The notes under the pieces are model-generated. The model was not told where the DNA came from, made no database searches, and was given only the letters and a program-made list of their open reading frames with translations. Made by a program: the position numbers and the translations under genes. From the NCBI GenBank assembly GCA_963699545.1, contig CAVOUE010000005.1, positions 352,001-416,000 on the forward strand: 64,000 nucleotides of DNA, written 5' to 3'. Source of the stretch: Nitrospirota bacterium. Its GTDB lineage: Bacteria; Nitrospirota; Thermodesulfovibrionia; Thermodesulfovibrionales; UBA9159. Shown here piece after piece: positions 22,005-34,104 of this stretch (its first letter is position 1; each line of letters opens with the position of its first letter).

Positions 22005-23177
22005 ATGAGAAGAACGGCAGCCTTATCATTCGTTCTCTTATTGTCCCTATTCTTGATCCGTCCGGCCTTTGCAGCTGAAACAGCCGGAAGATTTGCCTTT
22101 GTCCCCAGCGAAGGAGACAACAATTTGATGATCGTTGACCTGATCGCCGAAAAGGTGGTGAAGACCCTTCCCACGGGTAAGACACCTCACGCCCTTGCTT
22201 TTACAAAAGAAGGCAAAGGGTATGTGAACAACAGAGGGACAAAAGACTTGACGGTGATTGACGGGAATACATTTGAAGTTATAACGACCATATCATTGCC
22301 TGCAACGTCATTCCAGCTCGCCCTCTCACCGGACGGCAAGACCCTCGCTGTGGCATACAAGGACACACTCAAGGTCTCCCTTATCGACACGGCCACAGAT
22401 AACATCATTAAGACGGTTGCCATCGGAAAAGAGCCTGAAGCGGCTTTCAAGGGTGCGATGATGAAACACCCCTACTGGTCAAGGGACGGGAACTGTCTTT
22501 ATGCATCGGACAATGTTAATAACACCATTGTGAAGATCGATGCGGCAATTTTTGAGATAAAGGCAACCATTCCTTTGCCTGGCTCAAATCATTATATCCA
22601 TCCTTCCCGGGACGGAAAACTCCTCTATGCCGTGAATGAGACGACAAAGACGGGGACGTCCGTAACACTCATCAATCCAGACACGGACAAGATCATTAAG
22701 GACATCCCTATCCCCCTCGAAGCCGGGGAGCCCGGTCTCGGACATCACGGGGAATTCACTAAGGACGGACGGTTCTTCTTTGTCTGCAACGAGGGAGGGA
22801 GGACAGTGGCCGTTATCGATACCGCAAGAAAAGAGGTGGTGAAGACCCTTAAGGCGGGAATGGGAGCAGGCCATCCTGCGATGACAAGGGATGGCAATTA
22901 TATATTCGTTATCCATCACAAGGACAATGTTGTCACGGTCATAGACACGTCAAAACAGGAAGTCATAAAACACATCAATGTCGGGACAGGGAAAAAACAG
23001 GCCCACGGCTCGTACTTTTCCCCGGACGGTAAGTATCTCTACATGATCAACGCCGAGGACAACATGCTGCTTAAGATCGATATCGCAACGTTTGAAGTGA
23101 CATCGAAGATACCGGTAGGAAAATCGGCGATGTATTTCGGGATCAAAGAAGGTACGGGATTCCCGAACACCGAATAA
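22005..23177 (+). CDS. Periplasmic YncE/YVTN-type beta-propeller protein
   Basis: Signal peptide; repeated SPDGK.LY / VxVID blades. Confidence 0.88.
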   Translation: MRRTAALSFVLLLSLFLIRPAFAAETAGRFAFVPSEGDNNLMIVDLIAEKVVKTLPTGKTPHALAFTKEGKGYVNNRGTKDLTVIDGNTFEVITTISLPATSFQLALSPDGKTLAVAYKDTLKVSLIDTATDNIIKTVAIGKEPEAAFKGAMMKHPYWSRDGNCLYASDNVNNTIVKIDAAIFEIKATIPLPGSNHYIHPSRDGKLLYAVNETTKTGTSVTLINPDTDKIIKDIPIPLEAGEPGLGHHGEFTKDGRFFFVCNEGGRTVAVIDTARKEVVKTLKAGMGAGHPAMTRDGNYIFVIHHKDNVVTVIDTSKQEVIKHINVGTGKKQAHGSYFSPDGKYLYMINAEDNMLLKIDIATFEVTSKIPVGKSAMYFGIKEGTGFPNTE

Positions 23178-23244
23178 GATTTAAGGAATTTTGCCTGGCC
23201 TGCCTGGATAGACTCTCATCCTTGACAGAGGAGGTTTCTATGAG

Positions 23245-24216
23245 ATGGATTTTCTGACAGTACTTTTCCCTGTGTCGGGTGTAACAACAAATGTATTATT
23301 ACCACCCTTAGTGGCAATGGTCATTTCGTTTTTTACTTCTATGGGTGGCATTTCCGGCGCATTTCTTCTCCTTCCTTTCCAGATGAGTGTCCTAAATTAT
23401 ACGGCCCCCTCAGTGAGCGGAACGAATCATGTTTTTAATATCGTCGCGATCCCGAGCGGTGTGTACCGCTTTATAAGAGAAGGGCGCATGGCATGGCCGC
23501 TTACGTGGACAGTAGTGATAGGCACGCTTCCCGGCGTGTTTTTCGGTTACTACATAAGGGTTCTATGGCTTCCAAACCCCAAGGCATTTAAACTTTTTGT
23601 AGGTTGTGTGCTGCTTTATATCGGCATACGTCTTGTTAAGGATCTCTTGGGCAAGGCAAGACAGAAGTCTGCGGGCACTAAAGCGCTTGAAGAAAAATTC
23701 AAGGCAAAGGTCAATGAAATCAAAAAAGAGCAGAGCGCGAGGGCGGCAGCCGGGATACCTGCAGATGCAGTAGTAAAGACGGTCTCCATATCATTGAAGA
23801 AGATTGAGTACGAATTTTGGGAGGAACGGTTTTCCTTCAATCCTGTCGGCATGTTCATTCTGGCCTTTATTGTCGGCATCATCGGTGGTGCCTATGGGAT
23901 TGGCGGTGGTTCGATTATTGCACCTTTCTGTGTGGCAATATTTCATCTGCCAGTTTATACCATAGCCGGTGCTGCCCTTATGGCAACCTTTATCACCTCT
24001 TTTGCTGGTGCAGTCTTCTTCAGCATCATTCCTGCAACTGGAGGCGTTTCGGCAATGCCTGACTGGCCCTTGGGTATTCTTTTCGGCTTCGGCGGTTTCA
24101 TCGGCATGTACCTCGGAGCTAGGGCTCAAAAGTTCGTTCCCCAAAAGGTCATCAAAATGATAGTAAGCAGCGTTATGGTGTTTCTTGCGATTAAATACAT
24201 TGTCCAGTATTTTTAA
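23245..24216 (+). CDS. TauE/SafE family sulfite exporter
   Basis: GGISGAFLLLP and GIGGGSII repeats, multiple TMs. Confidence 0.9.
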   Translation: MDFLTVLFPVSGVTTNVLLPPLVAMVISFFTSMGGISGAFLLLPFQMSVLNYTAPSVSGTNHVFNIVAIPSGVYRFIREGRMAWPLTWTVVIGTLPGVFFGYYIRVLWLPNPKAFKLFVGCVLLYIGIRLVKDLLGKARQKSAGTKALEEKFKAKVNEIKKEQSARAAAGIPADAVVKTVSISLKKIEYEFWEERFSFNPVGMFILAFIVGIIGGAYGIGGGSIIAPFCVAIFHLPVYTIAGAALMATFITSFAGAVFFSIIPATGGVSAMPDWPLGILFGFGGFIGMYLGARAQKFVPQKVIKMIVSSVMVFLAIKYIVQYF

Positions 24217-24231
24217 AGAAAGAAGAATAGC

Positions 24232-24590
24232 ATGAAGGAAAATATATGTCCGATAGCAAAGATGGAGAAACTCCTTATCGCAACGGACGGCTCAAAGTTC
24301 AGTGAAGGAGCTATACGTGAGGCTTTAAGTCTCTCAAAACAGTGTCCAAGCAGACTTATTGCCGTATCCGTGGTCAAGACGAATCTCGAGTTCGAAATGA
24401 CCATGCCTCAGGTCATTGAAAAAGATGAGGGGGAAGCAACGAGGCATCTTGAAACAATTAAGGCAAAGGCATCAAAGAACGGCATTGAAGCCATGGAAGG
24501 CAGGGGCTTGAAAGGCTTCTTATGGGCAGTGTCACGGAAAGAGTGATTGGTTATGCAGAGACCGCGGTCTTGGTAGTCAGAGCAAAATAA
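24232..24590 (+). pseudogene. Universal stress protein, internally deleted/frameshifted
   Basis: LLIATDGS N-terminus joined out of frame to LLMGSVTERVIGYAETAVLVV. Confidence 0.65.
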
Positions 24591-24607
24591 ACTGAATTGA
24601 GAGCTGA

Positions 24608-25771
24608 TTGCTGAATCGTAAACCACACACTGCAAGTCTTTTTCTCTCTTTTCTCAAGCTTGGCCTGACAGCCTTCGGCGGGCCTGCCATGGTTGCATAT
24701 ATAAAAGACCTGTCCGTAACACCGCCACAAGTGGCTCGACGAAGAGACATTTAACGATGGTGTGGCCACTCTGTCAAATCTGTACCCGGGCGCCACAGCC
24801 ATGCAGACAGCCGCCTATGTGGGCTTCAGAATAAAAGGCATAATAGGAGCATTATCGTCATTTGTTGGATTCGGTTGCCTGCATTCGTTTTGATGCTGAT
24901 CCTGTCATCACTCTATGCAAAGTATCATGCTGTTCCGAGGATTGTCTCGCTCTTTAACGGCCTGCAAGTAGTGGTAGTTGCTGTTGTTGCAAATGCAACC
25001 TATTCTTTTGGTAAAACTACCTTCAAGGGTTGCAGAGATTTTGTTATTGCTCTGGCTGCATCTTTTCTTTTTGGTTCAGGGATAAGCCCCTTTATTGTGA
25101 TTTTGGGCGCTGCTGCCGCTGGAATTGTTCTTTTTAGAAGTGTCCCCGGCGTGCCTGAACGTGTATATGAAAGAGAAAAAGATGAGCGCTTTCTCAGACA
25201 CTTCCCGCTGCTTCTCTTGGTTCCTGTTCTGGGACTGCTCGTGCTCTACCTTATGGATGCAAAGCTCTTCAATCTGGCGGCACTGATGATGAGGATAGAT
25301 TTGTTTGCCTTCGGCGGCGGTTTTGCATCGTTGCCTCTGATGCTCCACGAAATCTCAGACGTAAGGGGCTGGATGGACAACAAGACCTTTATTGATGGTA
25401 TCGCGCTCGGACAGGTCACCCCCGGTCCTATTGTCATCACAGCGACCTTTGTAGGATATCTCATTCATGGAACGTCCGGTGCCATTGTGGCGACTTTGGC
25501 AGTCTTTACCCCGTCTTTCTTGATGGTTGTCGTCATTACCCCAATCTTTGACAGATTGAAGGCATCTGCCTATTTCCTTGGGGCGACAAAAGGAATACTC
25601 GCCTCTTTTGTAGGCCTTCTTTTTTTCGTCACGGTAATATTTGCATTGGCTGTGCCTTGGGATATTATCAGGGCCTTATTGGTATGCGCAGCTTTTGTCG
25701 CGTTGTATAAGAAAATGGATATTCTTCCTGTTATGCTCATAACAGCGGTTATCTCGATTGTTGTATTTTGA
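24608..25771 (+). CDS. chrA: Chromate efflux transporter ChrA (5' part frameshifted, start approximate)
   Basis: AFGGP, PGATAMQ, AFGGG, GQVTPGP motifs. Confidence 0.85.
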
Positions 25772-25874
25772 CGACTTCTGTTCATAAATCCTCACGGCTT
25801 TCCTCTTCAAATCTTCACAATAATGGGAAACGTTAACAGGACAAAAACTTCTCTCAGTCGTTATCATATCAGCG

Positions 25875-26451
25875 ATGAGCCAAAGTGCTGACGAATTGTC
25901 AATTATAGACAGGTTCAAAAAGGGTGATGAATCGGCATTCGAAGAACTTGTCCTGAAATACCAGGACAGGATATACAACCTCTGCCGTCATATGCTCGGT
26001 AATGCCCATGATGCTGAAGACGCTGCACAGGACACTCTTCATTAAGGCATATCAGAATCTGAAGGATTTCAGACCGGAGGCTTCGCTTTACACATGGCTC
26101 TATCGCATTGCAGTAAATACCTGCCTTGATTACAAGAAAAGGCCTCTTTTTCGAATCGCTCTTCAAGAAGCTCCGATGAAGGTGAGGAGTTTATCTGAGA
26201 ACCAGTCGTCAGATGAGCCTTCACCGGAAAAACTGTATGAATCAAAGCAGATTGGGCGTGCCTTACATAAAAGCTTAGGAAAACTGTCCCTCAAACTGAG
26301 GACGGTAATCATTCTGAAGGAAATTGAAGGCCTTTCATACGAGGAAATTGCGGAGATTCTCGAAGTCTCCATAGGCACCGTAAAATCGAGGATATCCAGG
26401 GCAAGGGAAGAGTTAAAAGTATTGATGAAAAAATTTAGGGAACAAAAATGA
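25875..26451 (+). CDS. ECF sigma factor (frameshifted)
   Basis: DAEDAAQD, TWLYRIAVN, SYEEIA...GTVKSRISRAR. Confidence 0.9.
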
Positions 26452-26464
26452 AACTGAATCGTTT
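26439..26464 (+). promoter_or_regulatory. ECF-type promoter for anti-sigma/periplasmic sensor genes
   Basis: GGAAC-16 nt-CGTTT at the 3' end of the sigma gene. Confidence 0.55.
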
Positions 26465-26482
26465 AAATAGTAGGAGGCAAAG

Positions 26483-26933
26483 ATGAAGTGCTCAAAGGCG
26501 CATAAACTCATATCACCCTATATTGACGGTGAACTGTCGGAACGGGACATGAAAACACTTGAAGACCATATGAAGGTCTGTCACAAGTGCCGGACGGAAT
26601 TCGAGGAGAGGCAAGGAACTGCATAATTTATTTGCAAATGCGGATAAATTTAAAGCGCCCTATGGCTTTCATACAAGGGTCATGGCGAACATAAGTTCAG
26701 GAAAGACAAGAAAGCTTCAGGAATTTCCGATTCTTGTCCAGGCTTGCGGAGGCAGTTGTGATTGCTTGTGGTCATCGCTTTCGGTATATTGTCCGGCAGC
26801 TTTCTGATAAAGGCTTATATGCCGGATAAAGCGACGAGATGTAATGGCTTCACTTTCACTTGATGTCTTTGACTCCGCACCTCCGGGTTCTTTGGGCGGG
26901 GCATATCTTGCAATGACGGAGGTGAAGAAATGA
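26483..26933 (+). CDS. Zinc-finger anti-sigma factor (multiple indels)
   Basis: ISPYIDGEL...HMKVCHKC (HxxxCxxC) followed by a TM segment. Confidence 0.75.
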
Positions 26934-27411
26934 AAAATAGCACCCTAAAATTCCTTCTTGATCGTCTCCCTGATATTAAATATTTCCTTCCTGGGAGCTG
27001 CAGGATATCAGTATTACAAGAAGTCAACGTACTGGACCTCACCTTTTGGCTATAAGATTAAGAAGGGGCCATTTCTTATTTGAAGAGCTTTCCTTGCGTC
27101 CGGATCAGCTGAAGGCGATGAGGGAAACTGCAACCAAATTCCGGGCGGTAATCGATGAAAAGAGACAGGCAATCGCCTCAAAGAGAAAAGAACTCATTAC
27201 GCTTATGCGTCAGGACAATCCTGACAGAAATGCCATTGCCGCCGTCGTATCCGAGATCAGCGGAATGCAGGAAGAGATGCAGCGAATGATAGCCATGCAT
27301 ATGCTCGACATGAAGGCCGGACTGGATAAAGAGCAACAAAAGAAGTTTCTCGATTTGATAGAAAACGCCATGACAGAGGGGAGACAGATGGGATGTCCGC
27401 CGGTGCAATAA
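26930..27411 (+). CDS. Periplasmic heavy-metal sensor (Spy/CpxP/ZraP family; 5' indels)
   Basis: LSLRPDQ...LDKEQQKKF helical repeats; downstream of anti-sigma. Confidence 0.75.
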
Positions 27412-27619
27412 AATTGATGAACCGCGAAACGCCATTATTTAGCGTTAAACAATCAGTATTCAAAAGCTTCCCTTTGTGCTGCAGCGCGGGTGAATTTGAT
27501 CAGCTCCGCTTCAGCACGATCAAGTGAGGGTGACCCTGAAATGGCCAGGACTAGGATCAGGCATCCCTCGATTCGCAGTATCTTGACTTCTTGCAACAAA
27601 ATGATAGGGGGCAACAGAA

Positions 27620-28780
27620 ATGAAATTGTCAGGTAAAAAGAAGATTATGGGCGTTATCATTGCGGCGTTTATCATTGGGTTCTTAGGGTATAAGATCTTC
27701 TGGTACCGGCTGCCGGTGGTCGCAGTCGTAGTCAAGAACGCAGAGATACATGGCAAAGTCCACGGGCCGGGCACGGTACAGTCCAGGGTGCCTGTTACGG
27801 TGAGCGCCAAGATTACCGGTATTATAGAAAAGCTCTATGTGGACCAGGGAGAAGACGTGAAAAGAGGCCAACTCCTTGCTGAACTCGACTCTGTCGAATT
27901 AAGAGCAAGGGAAGCCGCGGCACGCTCAGCCCAAAATCGGGCAGAACGCGACCTTGCACGAGCGCAGGCCGACCTGGTAAAGTCCGAAGCCAATCTTGCC
28001 TTAGCACAAAGCAATTATCAAAGGGACTTGGAACTTGTCAGGCCAGGATTTATCTCACAGGCGGCCTTTGACACCACCAAAACAGCCCTTCGGGTGTCCG
28101 AGAGCGATGTTGCAGCCAATCAGGCTGCCGTGAAGGCCCTCGAAGCGGCTGTCAATCAGGCAGAATCCGAAACTCGTGTGGCGGAAGCGCTGTACGAGTA
28201 CACGCGTATTCTGGCCCCAATGGAGGGGGTCATAACAGTGCGCAAAGCAGAAATCGGCAATACGGTCTCACCAGGGACACCTATATTCCAGATGGTGAAT
28301 TATCAGATATGGGCGGCCTCCTGGATCGATGAAACCAAAATAGCCCAGCTTCGCGAAGGCCAAAAGGCCTTGATCAAGTTACGGTCAGGGAGAGTCTATC
28401 CTGGTGAAGTTGTCCGCATCAACAAAGAGGCTGATACCGTGACCCGCGAGTTGGAAGTTGATGTAAAATTTGACACTCTGCCAGATCCCCTTGTAATCGG
28501 AGAAGAGTCCGAAGTCGATATTGAAACGGGCCGTCAAACTGCTCCGGCCGTTGCCATATCAGCCGTTATAGAAAAAAACGGTTCCAAAGGAGTAATGATA
28601 GTTGCTAATGGCAGGATGAGCTTCCGTCCCGTTGTTCTCGGCTTACAGGACGGGCAGCGAGTCGCAGTCTTAAACGGGGTGAGCGAGGGCGAGACGGTGG
28701 TACTTAACCCTGCAGTGACTGAACTGAATAAAAAAGTAAGGCCACAACTTAAATCCGATGTGGTGAAGAAGAACCAATGA
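27620..28780 (+). CDS. Efflux periplasmic adaptor (MFP)
   Basis: VSAKITG...GQLLAELD, coiled coil, APMEGVI. Confidence 0.92.
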   Translation: MKLSGKKKIMGVIIAAFIIGFLGYKIFWYRLPVVAVVVKNAEIHGKVHGPGTVQSRVPVTVSAKITGIIEKLYVDQGEDVKRGQLLAELDSVELRAREAAARSAQNRAERDLARAQADLVKSEANLALAQSNYQRDLELVRPGFISQAAFDTTKTALRVSESDVAANQAAVKALEAAVNQAESETRVAEALYEYTRILAPMEGVITVRKAEIGNTVSPGTPIFQMVNYQIWAASWIDETKIAQLREGQKALIKLRSGRVYPGEVVRINKEADTVTRELEVDVKFDTLPDPLVIGEESEVDIETGRQTAPAVAISAVIEKNGSKGVMIVANGRMSFRPVVLGLQDGQRVAVLNGVSEGETVVLNPAVTELNKKVRPQLKSDVVKKNQ

Positions 28781-28853
28781 GCATAATGTGTTCTGGTAAC
28801 TCGTCGTATTGGAATCTGTAGAGTTATATCTCATCGCGTCTGCGGAGAATTGA

Positions 28854-30053
28854 ATGGACTTAGCATTTTATGACTTGAAGCAGCACAGGGGCCGGTTCAT
28901 TGCTACGGTTATCGGTGTGGGGCTTCTGTTCACCATCGTCCTCGCCATGAACGGCCTCTATCGTGGCAATATTTATGAAGGACTTGCCCTCATCAACGCC
29001 ACCAATCCCGATCTCTGGGTGGTGGAACGGTATCGGGGAGGCCCGTTTAACGAGCAGTCTACCATACCCGAAGTTTACCATTACAGCGTAAAGACGGTGC
29101 CTGGCGTGGAAGAGGCTAGCCCTTTTATCTACTACACCGTTGAAAGACCGATAGCGGGTAAAAGCCGACATTTCAGCATTATCGGTTACGATATCTTTGG
29201 TGGGCTGGGCGGTCCTCAGAAGATCTTTGCCGGCAGAAGCATCCAGAATGCTCATTACGAAATGGTCGCCCATCCAAAGTTGGGAGTGCACATAGGGGAC
29301 AGGGTAACTCTGGGTCTGCACACCTATACGGTGGTGGGCTTAACCAAAGAGGCGGTCTCTTCTGATGGGGAGGCTCTGGTGTATCTCTCATTGCCTGACG
29401 CCCAGGAAGTGCTTTATCAGAGAGACAATGAAGAGATTCGCGATCAGCGCAAGAGACTTGTCCGTACTCTATCCGTTCAGAGTTATCTATCCCCAAACCA
29501 GGCTGAAAAATTGCTTGCCCCCCTGCAGTCCGACACACACATAATAAATGCTATTCTGGTGAGGCTGAAGCCCGGAGCAAATCGAGCCGAGGTGGCCCGT
29601 CTTATCGATGATTGGCTATATCTCTCCTCTTTCGGCACGGAGAAGGAGGTTGAATTGATGCTGAAGGGTCGGCTGGCCAGTATGGCTAAGCAGCTTCTGC
29701 TTTTCAGGACGCTTCTTCTGCTCATCTCTGTAGTCATAGTTACCCTGGTGGTCTATACATTTACCATGGAAAAAATCCGGAGCATTGCGGTCATGAAACT
29801 TATTGGCGCCCCCAATTGGGTAATCGTCCGCATGGTGATGGAACAGTCTCTCCTTTTGACGGTCGGCGCTTTCTTGTTCGGAGTAGTTCTGATCCTGAAT
29901 ACGTATTCTCTATTTCCCAGGACTATCATGATACTTCCCGGAGATACCCTGCTTACTTTCATAATAGCTTTTGCTGGTGGTATCCTCGCCAGTATTTTAG
30001 GGCTCTGGCAGGCGTTGAAAACCCAGCCCGCCATGGCACTGGGGGGACAATAA
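28854..30053 (+). CDS. ABC permease (MacB/FtsX family)
   Basis: N-terminal TM, periplasmic domain, EKIRSIAVMKLIGA. Confidence 0.9.
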   Translation: MDLAFYDLKQHRGRFIATVIGVGLLFTIVLAMNGLYRGNIYEGLALINATNPDLWVVERYRGGPFNEQSTIPEVYHYSVKTVPGVEEASPFIYYTVERPIAGKSRHFSIIGYDIFGGLGGPQKIFAGRSIQNAHYEMVAHPKLGVHIGDRVTLGLHTYTVVGLTKEAVSSDGEALVYLSLPDAQEVLYQRDNEEIRDQRKRLVRTLSVQSYLSPNQAEKLLAPLQSDTHIINAILVRLKPGANRAEVARLIDDWLYLSSFGTEKEVELMLKGRLASMAKQLLLFRTLLLLISVVIVTLVVYTFTMEKIRSIAVMKLIGAPNWVIVRMVMEQSLLLTVGAFLFGVVLILNTYSLFPRTIMILPGDTLLTFIIAFAGGILASILGLWQALKTQPAMALGGQ

Positions 30054-30739
30054 TGGAGATCCTCAGAATCGAGGGTCTGTCGAAAACTTTCGGGTCCGGT
30101 GACTTGGAAGTCCGGGCACTCGAAGATATAAGCCTCTTGGTTTCAAAGGGTGAGCTGGTGGCCCTGCTCGGGCCGAGTGGGTCTGGCAAGACGACCCTGC
30201 TTTTATGCATCAGTTTGATTCTGGAGCCCTCAACAGGTAAGATCGACTTTGACGGTCAGACCATATTTCAGAAAAATGGATGGGGCGGCATAGACATACG
30301 CCGCGTTCGCCGGGAAAAAATAGGCTTCACCTTCCAGTCTCACAATTTGATCCCTTTTCTTACAGCCAAACAGAATGTGCTTTTTCCTTTGAGTCTCGTC
30401 GGCATGAAGAAAGAAGTGGCTGAGGGCCGTGCCATGGAACTTCTGGAATACATGGAGATCGCCAACCGGGCCGATTACCTGCCGGGTCTGCTTTCCGGGG
30501 GCGAGCAACAGCGAGTAGCCATTGCACGAGCCCTGGCAAACAAGGCAAAACTCATCCTGGCTGACGAGCCGACGGCTTCTTTGGATACCGCCAGGGGAAT
30601 GAGGGTCATGGAATTGTTAAAAAAGATCGCCAGGGAAAATCAGTCTGCGGTGATCGTGGTGACCCACGATGAACGGATGATCGCAGGTTTTGACCACGTG
30701 TATTATCTTAAGGACGGCTGCCTTGAGCTGAATCAATAA
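30053..30739 (+). CDS. ABC ATP-binding protein (LolD/MacB-like)
   Basis: [22 protein letters not shown]. Confidence 0.95.
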   Translation: MEILRIEGLSKTFGSGDLEVRALEDISLLVSKGELVALLGPSGSGKTTLLLCISLILEPSTGKIDFDGQTIFQKNGWGGIDIRRVRREKIGFTFQSHNLIPFLTAKQNVLFPLSLVGMKKEVAEGRAMELLEYMEIANRADYLPGLLSGGEQQRVAIARALANKAKLILADEPTASLDTARGMRVMELLKKIARENQSAVIVVTHDERMIAGFDHVYYLKDGCLELNQ

Positions 30740-30927
30740 TTATGCAGAGCACAGATGCATGGCAATTGGCTTTTGGCTGTTGCTTGGAGCTGATTTGGTG
30801 AGCCTGTAAAGGATGAGGGCGTGATTGATGAATAAGATGAAAGCAGTTTCAACAGCGCAATCGTGCCAGGCATCTTGAGCGCTGGGAACGCTCAGTCTTA
30901 TTGAGAGCTTGGGATTCCGGATTCTCG

Positions 30928-32886
30928 TTACACTTCTTCCCCGTCGATCGCCTTCCGCACCAGCTTCGCCATCTCCGCTACCCTGTACGGCTTGTTCAGG
31001 AATCCGAGAACCCCTGACTCCCTCAACCCGTTGGCCTCGTCCGCGGCGTAACCGCTGGAGATGATCACCTTGACGTCCGGGTTCATCACCTTCAGACGGC
31101 CATAGGCTTCAATGCCGTCAACCTTCGGCATGACCCTGTCCATGAGGATCAGCGCAACGTCGGCGCCACATTCACGGTAAACCCTGACCGCATCTTCACC
31201 GTCCACTGCAGTGATCACGTTATACCCCAGTCCCGTGAGGATGGAGGATCCGAGAGCCCGGATCAACTCTTCATCATCGGCCAAGAGAATCGTTTCTGTC
31301 CCCCTCGGAAGTTCCTGCTTCTCCACGTGCGTTTCCGCAGGCGCACTTTCCGCGGTGACGGCGGGAAGATACACCCTGAACTCCGAGCCCCTTCTGACCT
31401 CACTGTACAGGTTTATCCAGCCCCCGTGGGCCTTCACTATGGAATAGGTAACGGCAAGACCAAGGCCTGTGCCCTTGCCCTTGGTCTTTGTGGAGAAGAA
31501 GGGCTCAAATATCCTGTTCCTTATCTCCTCAGGAATACCCTCCCCCGTGTCCTTGACCGCCACCGTCACGTAATGCCCGGGCTTTGCATAGACATAATGC
31601 CTGCAATATTCCTCATCCACCAGCGCATCCCCGGTCCGTATTTCTATGACCCCACCCTTGCTGATGGCATCCCTTGCATTCACTACAAGGTTCATTACCA
31701 CCTGCGTTAATTGGGCCGGATCTCCATCCGCCGGCCGGATGTTCATCTTCGGTAACACGCGCATCTCGACGGTCTCCTCGACCATTCGCCTGAGCATTTT
31801 CATGGCATCCTCTATGAGGTGGTTCATATTAACGGGTTGACGGGTTGCCGGCAGCTTCCTTCCGATGAGGAGTATCTGGCGCGTAAACTCTGTCGCCTTT
31901 TCCGTCAGCTCCAGTACCCTGCCCAGGTATTCCCGTGCAGCGGGGTCGACAGAATCCTCAAGAGCCAGTTCAGAGTATCCCATGATTCCCGTGAGAATGT
32001 TATTGAAGTCATGGGCAATTCCCGCAGACAGAGTACCGATAGCCTCCATCTTCTGCGCGTGAAGGAGGGACGCCCTGTGCTCATCGAGTTCCTTTGTGAT
32101 GGCGCTGGTCCTCTCCTGCAGTTTCCCTGTCATGGCGTTGAAATTATCGGCCAGGATGCCGAATTCGTCCTTCGAAGCCACCCTGATCGTGTGCGAAAGA
32201 TCCCCCGCAGCCACCTTCCTGATCCCCTCTGTCAGCCGGGAAACCGGTGCAAGGACAATATGATGAACCACAAGGTAAAGGGGGATGGAGAGAAACAAAA
32301 TGAAGACAAACCCGAAGGCACCTATGGCATATCCCTGCTTCCGGATATAGGCGTCCGCGGACTGAAGGGAGAAGGCGAATTCGATCCCGCCCAGTTCCCT
32401 TTCCTCGCGTGAGTGGATGTGGCAGGATGCGGCATAGCACGAAGGGGCATTCAGGATCGGCTCGGTCATGACAACGGCCCTCCCGCCCTTTACCTCTCTC
32501 ACGAAGCGGGAACGCCCATTCCCATCGCTCAGGGATTCACTCGCAAAAGCGTCAAAACCGCTCCGTATGGATGCGAAGCGTACAACACCGTGGGCATCCA
32601 GGACCTTGATCCATAAAATATTCTCGGTGGTGGCCAGGGAATTTACTGTCTGCCCGACATAGTCCCTGCGATTGGTGAGCATTCCATAGTAGAGAGCCCT
32701 CTTAATCACGTCCATCTGTGATTCGGCAAAGTTGATGTTCTTGTTGAGCTCTTCATACTGCATGTGCCGGATGGAGGGATACCAAAAAAGGAGGCTGACC
32801 CCGAGAATGATCAGGACGCTCATGATAATGAGCTTCCCAGCGAGGGAAAGGAACGGTTGCCCCGTCGATGAGTTGTCTTCTGCCAT
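30928..32886 (-). CDS. Hybrid sensor histidine kinase (periplasmic sensor-HAMP-HisKA-HATPase-REC)
   Basis: [19 protein letters not shown], receiver LLADD...MD.VMP. Confidence 0.95.
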   Translation of the reverse strand: MAEDNSSTGQPFLSLAGKLIIMSVLIILGVSLLFWYPSIRHMQYEELNKNINFAESQMDVIKRALYYGMLTNRRDYVGQTVNSLATTENILWIKVLDAHGVVRFASIRSGFDAFASESLSDGNGRSRFVREVKGGRAVVMTEPILNAPSCYAASCHIHSREERELGGIEFAFSLQSADAYIRKQGYAIGAFGFVFILFLSIPLYLVVHHIVLAPVSRLTEGIRKVAAGDLSHTIRVASKDEFGILADNFNAMTGKLQERTSAITKELDEHRASLLHAQKMEAIGTLSAGIAHDFNNILTGIMGYSELALEDSVDPAAREYLGRVLELTEKATEFTRQILLIGRKLPATRQPVNMNHLIEDAMKMLRRMVEETVEMRVLPKMNIRPADGDPAQLTQVVMNLVVNARDAISKGGVIEIRTGDALVDEEYCRHYVYAKPGHYVTVAVKDTGEGIPEEIRNRIFEPFFSTKTKGKGTGLGLAVTYSIVKAHGGWINLYSEVRRGSEFRVYLPAVTAESAPAETHVEKQELPRGTETILLADDEELIRALGSSILTGLGYNVITAVDGEDAVRVYRECGADVALILMDRVMPKVDGIEAYGRLKVMNPDVKVIISSGYAADEANGLRESGVLGFLNKPYRVAEMAKLVRKAIDGEEV

Positions 32887-33118
32887 TTTTAAGCGCTGCG
32901 GCTTTCTTTCTCTATGTTGCTGGTTAATACCCTGCGGCAAAACCTCACGGTATCTTACCATAATGAATTACGCTTTGTTCTATCCGCTTGCGTCTGTTCC
33001 ATGGTCTGGTGAAAACAGTGAATTCTTTTGATGGTGGCGACGCAAGTTCCATGCCACTCTTCCCGACTCGATGCGTCCTGGTTGTCTATGATATAATTTT
33101 TTATATGGCTTTGGGAGG

Positions 33119-34057
33119 ATGACCGGTAAAATGAAATTGACCTCTGAGAAACGTCTCAGCGTAAGCCTCGGCCTGACCGTCCTGATACTGGTTGCCGAAG
33201 TGGTGGGTGGGATCCTGAGCAACAGTCTTGCCCTGTTGAGTGACGCAGGCCATGTGCTCACTGACGCGTTTGCCCTCGGGCTGAGCATGATAGCCTCGCG
33301 CATAAGCAGAAAGCCCTCCGACGAGAGGGCCACCTACGGTTACCAGAGGGTGGGCCTCTTGGCCGCAGTGGTCAACGGGTTGAGCCTCCTGGCGATAGCG
33401 GCTTTCATCTTCTATGAGTCGTATAAACGCTTCATGTCCCCTCCGCAGATCGACGTCTCCCTGATGCTGCTCATCGCCGGATTCGGCCTTGCAGGCAACG
33501 TGATCATGGCCCTCATCCTCGGCACGGAGCATGAAGACCTGAACATCAGGAGTGCATGGCTCCACGTCCTGGGGGATACCCTGTCCTCTTTGGGGGTGAT
33601 CGTATCAGGAGCGATCATCTACGCCACGAACTGGGTGTACGCAGACCCTGTTGCAGGCCTGGTCATCGGAATGATCATCGTTGCCGGGGGCATCCGGGTC
33701 GTGAAAGAGGCGGCCACCATATTCCTCGAAATGACACCTCAGGGCTTCGTGGTCGAAGAAATCGCCAAGAAGCTTTGCGACGTGCCGGAAGTTATGGGAG
33801 TCCATGATGTCCATCTCTGGTCCGTGGCCCACAAACGGATAGCTTTCTCCGCTCACATATGGGTGCACGACCAGAAATTGAGCGAGACGGAGAGCATAAG
33901 GCGGAAGATCGAGGGCATGCTCACGGACCTCGGGATTGGCCACATCATACTCCAATTCGAGTGCGGTGAGTGCGAAAACGGCGGCCTTTACTGTCAGATA
34001 CCGAAGAGATCTCATTACAGGAGCGATGTTACGCACCATCACCACGGAGAACACTAA
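33119..34057 (+). CDS. CDF family Zn/Cd/Co transporter (CzcD-like)
   Basis: [24 protein letters not shown], His-rich tail. Confidence 0.93.
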   Translation: MTGKMKLTSEKRLSVSLGLTVLILVAEVVGGILSNSLALLSDAGHVLTDAFALGLSMIASRISRKPSDERATYGYQRVGLLAAVVNGLSLLAIAAFIFYESYKRFMSPPQIDVSLMLLIAGFGLAGNVIMALILGTEHEDLNIRSAWLHVLGDTLSSLGVIVSGAIIYATNWVYADPVAGLVIGMIIVAGGIRVVKEAATIFLEMTPQGFVVEEIAKKLCDVPEVMGVHDVHLWSVAHKRIAFSAHIWVHDQKLSETESIRRKIEGMLTDLGIGHIILQFECGECENGGLYCQIPKRSHYRSDVTHHHHGEH

Positions 34058-34104
34058 CACACACTTCCTTGCAATTACAGTTAATTATTATTTATCATTA
34101 CGTT

